Assembly: GCF_018398935.1 (NCBI RefSeq)
Contig: NZ_CP074694.1
Coordinates: forward strand, 2,340,001-2,372,000
DNA from: Telmatocola sphagniphila
GTDB lineage: Bacteria; Planctomycetota; Planctomycetia; Gemmatales; Gemmataceae
Direction of reading: 5' to 3'
DNA: 32,000 nucleotides
Shown: one piece after another, positions 22,965 through 31,861 of the stretch
How the letters are laid out: each line of letters starts with the position of its first letter
Numbering within the stretch: position 1 is the first letter of the stretch
The notes under the pieces: generated by a model
What the model was told of the DNA's origin: nothing
Seen by the model: the letters and a program-made list of their open reading frames with translations, nothing else
Databases searched by the model: none
Translations under genes and position numbers: made by a program

Positions 22965-24509
22965 CTATTTGGCTCCTTCTTCCAGAAGGGGAGCAACCGA
23001 ATTACCCAGCGCCCGGTTCAGTCGGAATTCCGCCCGGTTGTATTCGGCCAGCGAAGCATGATAATCGACGATGGCCTGGCTCATGGCTTGGATCGCCGCC
23101 ACCACTTCCTGAGGACGGATGATCAGCACCAGCAAGTTACCCACTCGTTTGGTTTGCGGCAGTCCTTCGAAGTTCTTCTCCAAGTTTCGCTTGGCTTCGA
23201 TGTAGGCGGGGATGGCCACATCCAGCCGAGTACGAGCCGCGTTCACGGAGGCGTAAGCTTGCGACACATCGGCGGCCACTTGATCTTGTGCCCGCAACAG
23301 GGTCAGCACGGCCACTTCATTTTCAGATCGTCTCTGCCGAATTTTGGCCCGGTTGCCAAATCCCAAGTTCTGCAGTTCCCAGACCAGCTGAAAGTCATAA
23401 TCGACACGGCTGCCGAAATCGCTGTTGCTGTAGCTGCCGCCACCAAAGCTTCCGATTCCCAGGGTTCCCGGAGGAGAAGTGGAAGCCGGTCTTGCGAGAA
23501 CTATCGGCATCAATGGGCGGGTTCGTTCCTGTCTTAAACGCTCGACCGATGCTCTCACCAAGGCAGATTGTGAAGCCAGTTCGGGACGATGCATTAAGGC
23601 TATTTGAATCAGTTCTTTCAAAGGCAAATTGGGATCCACCACTTGAAGGCGAAAATCGATAGCTTCTTTCAAAGCCAGCGATTCGCCGGGAGGAAGCCTC
23701 AAAATTCGGACCAGCTCGGCCATGGCGATGTAATACTGCCCTTCGGTATTAGCGACAGTCTGTTTGCGTCGCGCCAGTTCGACTTTGGCACGGTTGATTT
23801 CGACATCGGGCACCAGACCTTCCGCCATCGCGGAAACCTGGCGAACCAATTCTTCCGCCTGAGCAACCAGGACTTTTTGTGCGGCCAATTCGTATTGGTA
23901 CTGCAGCACCTGGAAGTAAATCTCACACACCTCCAGCGACACATCGTTGTTAACAGCCTGCTTATCGGAGTATCGAGATTCCAAAACGTTGCGGGCAGCG
24001 CGGGGCGCAAATACCGCATCATTGGTGGCCACCACGGCTACGAAACCGACACCATACATCAGGGTTTCCCGAGTGTTAGTCTCAATCGCTCCGGTGGAGA
24101 TGTTCGAGAAAGGGCCGGAATGGTAATAGTAGTCCGCTCCGACGTCGATGTTCGGCAACCAGAGCGCTCGAGCTCCCTGGTACAGCGCACTGGCCACGCC
24201 GATCTGGGCATCCGCCACCCGGTTGTCGATCGCCTGACTATTAGCGATGAGAATCGCCTCTCTCAGCGTGATCGGCTGCCCTCCGGATTTTGGAGGGGTC
24301 GATCCCGACATCGTGAGCGATTCATCGGCTTTGAATTTGGAGGGGAAAGAAAGCTCTTTCTTTTGGTCTCCGGTTGGAAGGGGTGTTGGATTCTTCTGAT
24401 CCGGCACTTTCGGAAGGGGCAAAATGGGGCTGGGTTCCTGAGCTTGTCCCGTCATGGAATAAAGGCATAAAACTGCCGGCAAACAAAAAGCTATATGCCG
24501 ATACCGCAT
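22965..24509 (-). CDS. TolC-like outer membrane efflux protein (OEP family)
   Basis: Track ORF is 22965..24602. I prefer ATG 24509 (MRYRHIAFCLPAVLCLYSMTGQAQ signal peptide, GGGAGA SD). A Pro-rich linker is followed by two OEP-type repeats: LTLREAILIANSQAIDNRVADAQIGVASALYQGARALWLPNIDVGADYYY and LKELIQIALMHRPELASQSALVRASVERLRQERTRPLMP. It is divergent from the RND genes. Confidence 0.85.
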   Translation of the reverse strand: MRYRHIAFCLPAVLCLYSMTGQAQEPSPILPLPKVPDQKNPTPLPTGDQKKELSFPSKFKADESLTMSGSTPPKSGGQPITLREAILIANSQAIDNRVADAQIGVASALYQGARALWLPNIDVGADYYYHSGPFSNISTGAIETNTRETLMYGVGFVAVVATNDAVFAPRAARNVLESRYSDKQAVNNDVSLEVCEIYFQVLQYQYELAAQKVLVAQAEELVRQVSAMAEGLVPDVEINRAKVELARRKQTVANTEGQYYIAMAELVRILRLPPGESLALKEAIDFRLQVVDPNLPLKELIQIALMHRPELASQSALVRASVERLRQERTRPLMPIVLARPASTSPPGTLGIGSFGGGSYSNSDFGSRVDYDFQLVWELQNLGFGNRAKIRQRRSENEVAVLTLLRAQDQVAADVSQAYASVNAARTRLDVAIPAYIEAKRNLEKNFEGLPQTKRVGNLLVLIIRPQEVVAAIQAMSQAIVDYHASLAEYNRAEFRLNRALGNSVAPLLEEGAK

Positions 24510-24792
24510 TGTGAGTCTCCCGAACTTCCTGTTCTGGCAAACAAAATTGTGTCTGTTCGTGGTATCGGTAACGATTATTCTCCGGATGAGGTTTGGTTCC
24601 AATCTTCCGAAAACAATTCGCCAATTATGCGTCGTGTGCGGATTGTACGGAGTGGCCCTTTCTCATAAATACTTTGATCGCTTACACACAATCTGAATTG
24701 CGAGGAAACATACCCACATTTTCACTCTCGGAATTCGAAAAAAACCAATTTGTAGTGAACAAAATCCACAAAAATCGCGATTCTCTTACAGG

Positions 24793-24810
24793 CGTGAAGT
24801 GTATTTCACG
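24793..24810. promoter_or_regulatory. Inverted repeat CGTGAA-N6-TTCACG in the divergent OMF/RND intergenic region, a candidate operator
   Basis: cgtgaagtgtatttcacg at 24793-24810. It is immediately followed by AT-rich -10-like boxes (gataaaat, tagtacaat). It lies 212-229 nt upstream of the RND1 ATG and 284-301 nt upstream of the OMF ATG. Confidence 0.3.
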
Positions 24811-25021
24811 TAAGAAAGTGATAAAATAGATAGTACAATCCCATGGTGAATTTGATGATTTCAAAATGAGATCAATTAGAGTTCGCTATGCGATTGTACC
24901 CTGAGATTCAACTTACCAGAAGATAACTCCAGGCCTTCGCTGATTTTATTTCCTACCTTGATGCTTTTAGTTCGCTTCACCTCCCCTCTCCTTGGATGAA
25001 GTCGAATCGGATCTGTCCTTT

Positions 25022-28000
25022 ATGAAGGCACTCGATTTAGCATTCAGACATCCCGTCGCCGTGATGGTCGCGATGCTGGGTATTGCTTTTGCCAGTTTGT
25101 TCGCGGTCTCTCGCATGCGAACCGATGTTTTCCCCGATCTCAACCTTCCCGTGATTTACGTCGCCCAGCCCTATGGGGGCATGGATCCCGCCCAGATGGA
25201 AGGTCTGATTTCCAGCTATTACGAATATGCCTTCCTCTACATGAATGGCATCGACCACGTCGAATCCCGCAACATTCAGAACCTGGCCTTACTAAAGCTC
25301 TATTTTCACCCGGGTACCAACATGGCTCAGGCCATGGCAGAAGCCGGGATTTATGCCAATCGAGCCAAAGCCTATTTTCCTCCGGGTACCGTTACGCCTT
25401 TCATTATCCGTTTGGACGCTTCCAGTGTCCCCGTGGCGTATTTGACACTCTCCAGTGAGTCGCGCGCGATCAAGGAACTTTCGGACTTAATGCTCTTCCG
25501 GTTGCGGCCGATTCTGGCCAGTCTACCTGGAGCTTCCGCACCGCAACCGTTCGGCGGTAGTTTGAGAAGCATCATCGTAAGTCTCGATCCGGAACGATTG
25601 CGAGCGTACAACCTATCTCCTCAAGACGTAGCCAGCGCGCTCAGCAACGGCAACATCATCACCCCATCCGGTAACGCCCGCATCAAAGATCAGATGCCGA
25701 TCGTTTCGGTGAATTCGATCGTGGTCGATCCGCAGGATTTGGGAAATATTCCCATCAAGGTGGAGGAACACGTTTATCTCCGCGACTTGCTGAAGGGCAA
25801 AATCGAGGATGGTATGGACATACCATCCGGCTGGGCTCTGGTGAATGGTCGCCGAGCGGTTTACATGCCGATCCTCAAAACCGGGGATGCCTCGACATTG
25901 ACCGTAGTGAATGAACTCAAAGAAAATCTGGCTCAGATGCAGTCGGTACTCCCCGAGGACGTCAAACTTTCTCTCGAATTCGATCAATCCCCTTATGTGA
26001 CCGGGGCCGTCAGCGGCGTCGTCGAAGAATCTGCCCTGGGTGCCCTGTTAACCGGTTTAATGGTACTTCTGTTTCTGCGGGATTGGCGGAGTGTCATCGT
26101 CGTCGTTTTGACGATTCCCTTGGCTCTGATGGGCGCGGTCGTAGGGCTTTGGGCAACCGGCCAGACGATTAACCTGATGACGCTCGGCGGCTTATCCCTG
26201 GCCGTGGGAATTCTGGTTGATGAAGGTACGGTCGTCATCGAGAATATCCATTCTCAAATGGAAATCCAGCCCACTACGGCCCGAGCCATTCTAGTCGGGA
26301 CTTCGGAAACAATGGTTCCGAATATGCTGGCCATGCTCTGCATTCTCGCCGTTTTCTTACCCTCGTTTTTGATGGAAGGAGCGGCGCGCGGACTCTTTGT
26401 TCCGCTGGCCATTTCCGTTGGCTTCGCGATGATCACCGCCTTTGCGCTTTCCATCACCTTTGTACCGGTTCTCTCCGTTTGGCTTCTGAAGCACATCGAG
26501 GTGGATGAACATCAAGTACACGGGACCTTCTCCTTCGAAACATTCCGACTCTTCTATGCCCGAACGGTCGGGAGAATTTTACCTCGAAGAAAATTCATCG
26601 TACCAATCTACCTGGTCATTATGGCGAGTTTGCTGGTACTATTCGGAAGCCAGGTCGGACGAGAAATTGCGCCGCAGGTGGACTCCGGCCAATTTCAAAT
26701 GCGCATTAAAGCTCCTACCGGAACGCGACTCGAACTCACTGAAGAGTTGACTCGGGAATCGCTGGAAGTCATCAAGGACGTCGTTGGCGAAGAAAACCTG
26801 GCTATCTCGGTGGCGTATGTCGGCACAACCGCACCAACTTACACCGCTAATGCAATCTACTTGTGGACCAGCGGAACCGATCAGGCCGTGGTTCGAGTGG
26901 CATTGAAAAAAGATAGCGGTCTGCGAGTCGAAGCGATCAAAGAACGCTTGAGAACGGAATTGAATGACCGCCTGAGTGGTTGGCTCAAAAACCGACTAAT
27001 CCAATACGGCATATCCCCCGAACTCGCGGACCAGCGAATTACCCAGCTGAAATTCTCCTTCGAACCGGCCGATGTGGTGAATCAAGTGATGAGCTTTGGG
27101 GCTTCAACGCCCATTGAAGTTGCCGTGAGCGGTCCGTTCCAAACCGAAAATCGACAGTACGCCGAAAAGGTCGCCGCTAAGCTGAGTGAGATTACCTCTT
27201 TGCGAGACCTTCAATTCGTTCAGGCTAACGACTACCCGCGTATTAAAGTGGAAGTCGATCGAGAGCGGGCAGGTCTGGCGGGATTGACGGTGTCTGAAGC
27301 GGCCTCATCGCTGATCGCCGCCACCTATTCCAGCCGTTACGCGAACGTCGTTTTCTGGGCCGATCCCACTAGCGGCATCGGCTATCAGGTCCAGGTACAA
27401 GTTCCTCCTGCCCGAATGAATTCAATGGCAGAAGTGGGTGAAATTCCTGTAAAATCAACGGATGAAGGCGGCTTGGTTCTACTTCGAGACGTTGCACGTA
27501 TCGAAAAAGGGACGATGCCTGAGGAATACGACCGTATTAATCAGAAGCGTATGGTTACTCTCACGGCCAACGTGGTGGGAGAAGATCTCGGTCGGGCCGC
27601 GGATAAGATTGCCGAAGCCATTAAAGAAGCAGGAGATGCGCCGCGCGGTGCTAAGATCGAGGTTCGCGGTCAAGTGCCTCCCATGCTGCAAATGTTCAGC
27701 GGGCTGGCCACAGGTCTGGGCTTGGCCGTGATCGTGGTTTTCTTGATGCTAACCGCTTATTTTCAATCGCTGCGGCTTGCGCTCGTATCGGTCGCTACAA
27801 CGCCAGCGGTTGTTGCGGGGGTTTCGATCGCCCTGTATTCGACCGGGACCACTCTCAACATTGAATCCTTCATGGGTGCCATCATGGCCATCGGCGTTGC
27901 TGTGGCTAACGCGATTCTCCTCGTGACTTTTGCCGAGCGGGATCGGCAGGCGGGAGTGGGTTCTTCGGAAGCCGCCAGAACCGGTGCGGAGGAACGACTC

Positions 28001-28324
28001 CGGCCGATTTTGATGACGAGTTGTGCGATGATTGCGGGGATGGTTCCCATGGCCCTGGGGATGGGAGAAGGTGGCGAGCAAACTGCTCCCCTGGGTCGAG
28101 CTGTGATTGGGGGCCTGCTCTTCGCCACTTTCACAACGCTTCTGGTACTACCGGCGGTCTTCGCCATCGTCATGCACAAATGCCCGATTGGATCTTCCTC
28201 GCTGGATCCCGATGATCCGGAGAGTAAGTTTTTCCTAACTCGACGCCTCAAACAGGCAAAAGCAAAATTGACGGCTCGGAAGCCTACTAAACAAAAAAAA
28301 CCGGCAGTTAGCACTACTCACTAA
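25022..28324 (+). CDS. RND efflux transporter permease subunit, copy 1 (TM4 acidic pair intact, basic C-terminal tail)
   Basis: The track ORF starts at TTG 24992. I prefer ATG 25022 because it aligns with the copy 2 start (MKALDLAFRHPVAVMVAM vs MKPIEIAMRSPMAIMVAM). It has the 12-TM AcrB-like layout with two large periplasmic loops. The TM4 segment LSLAVGILVDEGTVVIENIH and the TM11 segment RLRPILMTS align by eye with AcrB. Confidence 0.9.
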   Translation: MKALDLAFRHPVAVMVAMLGIAFASLFAVSRMRTDVFPDLNLPVIYVAQPYGGMDPAQMEGLISSYYEYAFLYMNGIDHVESRNIQNLALLKLYFHPGTNMAQAMAEAGIYANRAKAYFPPGTVTPFIIRLDASSVPVAYLTLSSESRAIKELSDLMLFRLRPILASLPGASAPQPFGGSLRSIIVSLDPERLRAYNLSPQDVASALSNGNIITPSGNARIKDQMPIVSVNSIVVDPQDLGNIPIKVEEHVYLRDLLKGKIEDGMDIPSGWALVNGRRAVYMPILKTGDASTLTVVNELKENLAQMQSVLPEDVKLSLEFDQSPYVTGAVSGVVEESALGALLTGLMVLLFLRDWRSVIVVVLTIPLALMGAVVGLWATGQTINLMTLGGLSLAVGILVDEGTVVIENIHSQMEIQPTTARAILVGTSETMVPNMLAMLCILAVFLPSFLMEGAARGLFVPLAISVGFAMITAFALSITFVPVLSVWLLKHIEVDEHQVHGTFSFETFRLFYARTVGRILPRRKFIVPIYLVIMASLLVLFGSQVGREIAPQVDSGQFQMRIKAPTGTRLELTEELTRESLEVIKDVVGEENLAISVAYVGTTAPTYTANAIYLWTSGTDQAVVRVALKKDSGLRVEAIKERLRTELNDRLSGWLKNRLIQYGISPELADQRITQLKFSFEPADVVNQVMSFGASTPIEVAVSGPFQTENRQYAEKVAAKLSEITSLRDLQFVQANDYPRIKVEVDRERAGLAGLTVSEAASSLIAATYSSRYANVVFWADPTSGIGYQVQVQVPPARMNSMAEVGEIPVKSTDEGGLVLLRDVARIEKGTMPEEYDRINQKRMVTLTANVVGEDLGRAADKIAEAIKEAGDAPRGAKIEVRGQVPPMLQMFSGLATGLGLAVIVVFLMLTAYFQSLRLALVSVATTPAVVAGVSIALYSTGTTLNIESFMGAIMAIGVAVANAILLVTFAERDRQAGVGSSEAARTGAEERLRPILMTSCAMIAGMVPMALGMGEGGEQTAPLGRAVIGGLLFATFTTLLVLPAVFAIVMHKCPIGSSSLDPDDPESKFFLTRRLKQAKAKLTARKPTKQKKPAVSTTH

Positions 28325-28466
28325 ATTTGGATTCCCGCTGATAAGCAGCTGCTGGAAACTATTTTTTTCACGGATTCCCTGATAGTAAGTAAGCCCGAAG
28401 TGGATTAGGTAATTTTTCGATGCCGAACGCCAGCGACGAATACAGGGATGGGATTGAGGTAGCAGA

Positions 28467-31400
28467 ATGAAACCGATTGAAATCGCCATGCGCAGTCCCA
28501 TGGCCATCATGGTCGCGATGGTATCCATTATCTTCGGAAGTGTCTTTGCCGTTACGCGCATGCGGATCGATGTTTTCCCCGATCTTAACCTTCCCGTGAT
28601 TTATGTGGCTCAACCTTACGGCGGCATGGATCCCGCCCAAATGGAAGGTCTGATCTCGAGCTACTACGAGTACGCCTTTCTTTACATGAACGGCATCGAT
28701 CACGTCGAATCGCGGAATATCCAGAACCTCGCTCTGATCAAAATCTACTTCCACCCGGGCACGGACATGGCTCAAGCCATGGCCGAGGCGGGAATTTATG
28801 CCAACCGTGCCAAAGCCTTCTTCCCGCCCGGGACCGTGACCCCATTTATCATTCGGCTGGATGCTTCGAGCGTACCCGTCGCTTACCTGACACTGTCCAG
28901 CGAAACCCGGGAAATCAAAGAACTTTCCGACCTGATGCTGTTCCGGTTGCGACCCATTCTCGCCAGTCTTCCCGGGGCCTCGGCTCCTCAGCCGTTCGGC
29001 GGAAGTCTGCGCAGTATCATCGTGAGCCTCGATCCGGAGAGATTGCGAGCCTACAACCTCTCCCCTCAAGATGTGGCCACGGCGCTTTCCAAAGGGAACA
29101 CGATTACTCCGTCCGGTAACGCCCGCATCAAAGACCAGATGCCGATCGTCTCCGTGAATTCCATCGTGGTCGACCCGCAGGATTTGGGAAACATTCCGAT
29201 CAAGCCCGAAGTTCACGTTTACCTGCGGGATTTGTTGAAGGGAAAAATCGAAGACGGTATGGACATCGCTTCGGGATGGGCTCTGGTGAATGGACGTCGG
29301 GCCGTGTACATGCCGATCTTAAAAACCGGCGACTCTTCCACTTTGAGCGTTGTGAATGAGATCAAAGAAAACCTGGAACAGATGCAGTCGGTGTTGCCCA
29401 AGGATGTGAAGCTGACTCTCGAATTCGATCAATCCCCTGCCGTTACCAATGGCGTCAAAGGCGTTCTTGCGCAATCTAGTCTGGGTGCTTTATTGACCGG
29501 GCTAATCATCTTGCTGTTCCTGAGAGACTGGCGAAGCGTTGTCGTAGTCGTACTCACCATTCCGCTGGCTTTGATGGGAGCAGTCGTTGGTCTATTCGCC
29601 ACCGGGCAAACTATCAACCTGATGACACTCGGGGGACTGTCGCTCGCCGTCGGTATCTTGGTGAGTTCCGCCACGGTTGTGGTTGAGAACATTCATACTC
29701 GGATGGCCTACTCGGAGTCCATCGCCGAGGCGGCCAAAGATGGTACCCAAGAGACTCTCGTTCCCGCCTTGCTCGCATTGCTCTGCATCCTGGCCGTATT
29801 TTTGCCTTCGTTCTTGATGGAAGGTGCGGCCCGCGGTTTGTTCGTTCCGTTAGCAATCGCGGTAGGTTTCGCCATGATCACGGCCTTTGGGCTTTCAGTC
29901 ACATTCGTTCCCGTGCTTTCAGTCTGGGTTATGAAGCTAATTCCGGAGAATCCCAATTCGAAGTCAGGTCGATTTTCGTTCGCCCGTCTGCGGAGCTTCT
30001 ACGAAGGGTTGGTCGGTAGGTTCCTGAACATTCGAAGATTAATGATTCCGACCTACCTTTTAATCAGTTTGGCTCTCATTGCCGTGGTGGGATCGCAGGT
30101 GGGTCGGGAAATTGCGCCTCAAGTCGATGCCGGTCAATTTCAAATGCGTATTTCCGCTCCGACCGGAACCCGACTGGAAATCACCGAGGATCTGACCCGG
30201 CAGGCGCTCGAGGTGATCAAAGCGAAAATCGGTGAAGATAATATTGCGATTTCCGTTTCTTATATCGGGACGACCGCACCCACATTCACGGCCAACGCCG
30301 TGTATCTTTGGACCGCCGGTACCGATCAGGCGGTGGTCCGAATTTCCTTAAGACCCGAGGCGGGTCTTCGAGTGGAGGATGTCGAAGAAATATTACGAAA
30401 AGAATTGAGCGAAAAGCTAATCGGCTGGTTGTCGAATAAACTCGTAGATGCGGGGGTTACACGAGAAGTGGCCATCCAACGGGCCGGCCGTTTGACGTTT
30501 TCTTTCGAACCGGCTGACGTGGTTAACCAGGTTATGAGCTTCGGCGCAGCGACTCCCCTCGAAATCTCCGTCAGTGGACCTTACCAGGCAGAAAACCGGG
30601 CTTATGCGGAGAAAGTCGCCGCAAAGTTGAGTGAGATTTCCACTTTGCGGGATCTCCGCTTCGTTCAAGCCAATGACTACCCGCGTATCAAAGTGGAAGT
30701 CGATCGGGAACGTGCCGGATTGGCTGGCCTTACCGTTTCGGAAGCGGCTTCCTCACTGATCGCCGCCACCTATTCCAGTCGCTATGCTACAGTGGTGTTT
30801 TGGGCGGATCCAAATAGCGGTATCGGTTACCAGGTCCAGGTTCAGGTGCCTCCCGCCCGAATGAACTCGATGTCCGAAGTCGGCGAAATTCCTGTGAAAG
30901 CCACCTCTCAAGGGGGATCGGTTTTACTGAGAGACGTTGCTCGCATCGAAACTGGAACGATGCCGGAAGAATACGATCGTATTAATCAGAAGCGCATGGT
31001 CACAATCACGGCCAACGTCGTGGGTGATGATCTGGGACGAGCCGCAGATAAAATCGCCGAAGCTATTAAAGAAGTGGGCGAACCTCCCCGTGGAGCACGT
31101 ATTGAAATCGGCGGCCAGGTTCCCGCGATGAAATTGATGTTTAGCGGCCTCGCCTTCGGTTTGGTTCTCGCCATCGGCGTGGTGTTTCTGCTCTTAACCG
31201 CTTACTTCCAGTCGATACGCCTTGCTATCGTCTCGCTCGCCTCAACGCCAGCGGTAGTCGCAGGAGTCGCGCTCACTTTGTATCTGACGCACACGACGCT
31301 GAATATCGAATCGTTCATGGGAGCAATCATGGCGGTTGGCGTCTCGGTGGCGAATGCGATCCTTTTCGTGACTTTCGCGGAACGGGAAAGACAAGCCGGT

Positions 31401-31859
31401 TTGGGTGCTGCCCAGGCAGCAAAGACCGGCGCGGCGGATCGTTTCCGAGCTATACTGATGATGAGTTGCGCGATGATCGCCGGGATGATTCCCATGGCAT
31501 TGGGTATGGGAGAAGGGGGAGAACAAACCGCTCCGCTGGGTCGAGCGGTAGTCGGCGGGTTGGTCTTCACCACTTTCACCACCTTGCTGATACTGCCTTC
31601 CATTTTTGCCTTGGTAATGGGTAAGAGTGCAATCGGTTCTTCTTCTCTGCACCCCGATGATCCCGATAGCAAGTATTTCTCGCACGAAGCAATGCCGGTC
31701 GGTGCGCATACCCCGGCCGTACATCAATCGGCCGTGGAAGTTATTGATGACTCGATATTCCCGCCCGAGGGAACTGACGAATCTGCTGATTCCAATCCCA
31801 ATTCGTCGCCCTTAGATGAACGAAAAACTGATTCTGAAACCGATAAGCCTAAGGAGTAA
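28467..31859 (+). CDS. RND efflux transporter permease subunit, copy 2 (TM4 acidic pair replaced by Ser-Ser, acidic C-terminal tail)
   Basis: 1130-aa ORF with GAGG 7 nt upstream. It is collinear with copy 1, about 93 percent identical over aa 33-332 (hand count) and lower in the second periplasmic loop. TM4 reads LSLAVGILVSSATVVVENIH and TM11 reads RFRAILMMS. Confidence 0.9.
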   Translation: MKPIEIAMRSPMAIMVAMVSIIFGSVFAVTRMRIDVFPDLNLPVIYVAQPYGGMDPAQMEGLISSYYEYAFLYMNGIDHVESRNIQNLALIKIYFHPGTDMAQAMAEAGIYANRAKAFFPPGTVTPFIIRLDASSVPVAYLTLSSETREIKELSDLMLFRLRPILASLPGASAPQPFGGSLRSIIVSLDPERLRAYNLSPQDVATALSKGNTITPSGNARIKDQMPIVSVNSIVVDPQDLGNIPIKPEVHVYLRDLLKGKIEDGMDIASGWALVNGRRAVYMPILKTGDSSTLSVVNEIKENLEQMQSVLPKDVKLTLEFDQSPAVTNGVKGVLAQSSLGALLTGLIILLFLRDWRSVVVVVLTIPLALMGAVVGLFATGQTINLMTLGGLSLAVGILVSSATVVVENIHTRMAYSESIAEAAKDGTQETLVPALLALLCILAVFLPSFLMEGAARGLFVPLAIAVGFAMITAFGLSVTFVPVLSVWVMKLIPENPNSKSGRFSFARLRSFYEGLVGRFLNIRRLMIPTYLLISLALIAVVGSQVGREIAPQVDAGQFQMRISAPTGTRLEITEDLTRQALEVIKAKIGEDNIAISVSYIGTTAPTFTANAVYLWTAGTDQAVVRISLRPEAGLRVEDVEEILRKELSEKLIGWLSNKLVDAGVTREVAIQRAGRLTFSFEPADVVNQVMSFGAATPLEISVSGPYQAENRAYAEKVAAKLSEISTLRDLRFVQANDYPRIKVEVDRERAGLAGLTVSEAASSLIAATYSSRYATVVFWADPNSGIGYQVQVQVPPARMNSMSEVGEIPVKATSQGGSVLLRDVARIETGTMPEEYDRINQKRMVTITANVVGDDLGRAADKIAEAIKEVGEPPRGARIEIGGQVPAMKLMFSGLAFGLVLAIGVVFLLLTAYFQSIRLAIVSLASTPAVVAGVALTLYLTHTTLNIESFMGAIMAVGVSVANAILFVTFAERERQAGLGAAQAAKTGAADRFRAILMMSCAMIAGMIPMALGMGEGGEQTAPLGRAVVGGLVFTTFTTLLILPSIFALVMGKSAIGSSSLHPDDPDSKYFSHEAMPVGAHTPAVHQSAVEVIDDSIFPPEGTDESADSNPNSSPLDERKTDSETDKPKE

Positions 31860-31861
31860 TT

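Noticed and set aside
23604-24470. 288-aa plus-strand ORF
   Set aside because: It is antisense to the TolC-like gene and has a low-complexity, Arg/His/Phe-rich translation. It is a shadow ORF typical of GC-biased codon usage.
28344-28353. AGCAGCTGCT perfect palindrome followed by a T7 run in the RND1-RND2 spacer, as a possible terminator or attenuator
   Set aside because: A 10-bp palindrome without a loop cannot form a stable hairpin, and the T-run is 12 nt away. The alternative stem GCTG-ataa-GCAGC is too weak to call.
28368-29216. 282-aa minus-strand ORF spanning the RND1/RND2 spacer and the RND2 5' end
   Set aside because: It is antisense to a highly conserved RND coding region. A similar shorter antisense ORF exists opposite RND1 (25613..25987), which shows it is a by-product of the RND codon pattern.
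31202-31727. Minus-strand ORFs of 156 and 161 aa
   Set aside because: They are antisense to the TM10-TM12 region of RND2. Analogous ORFs sit opposite RND1 (27749..28314). These are shadow ORFs.
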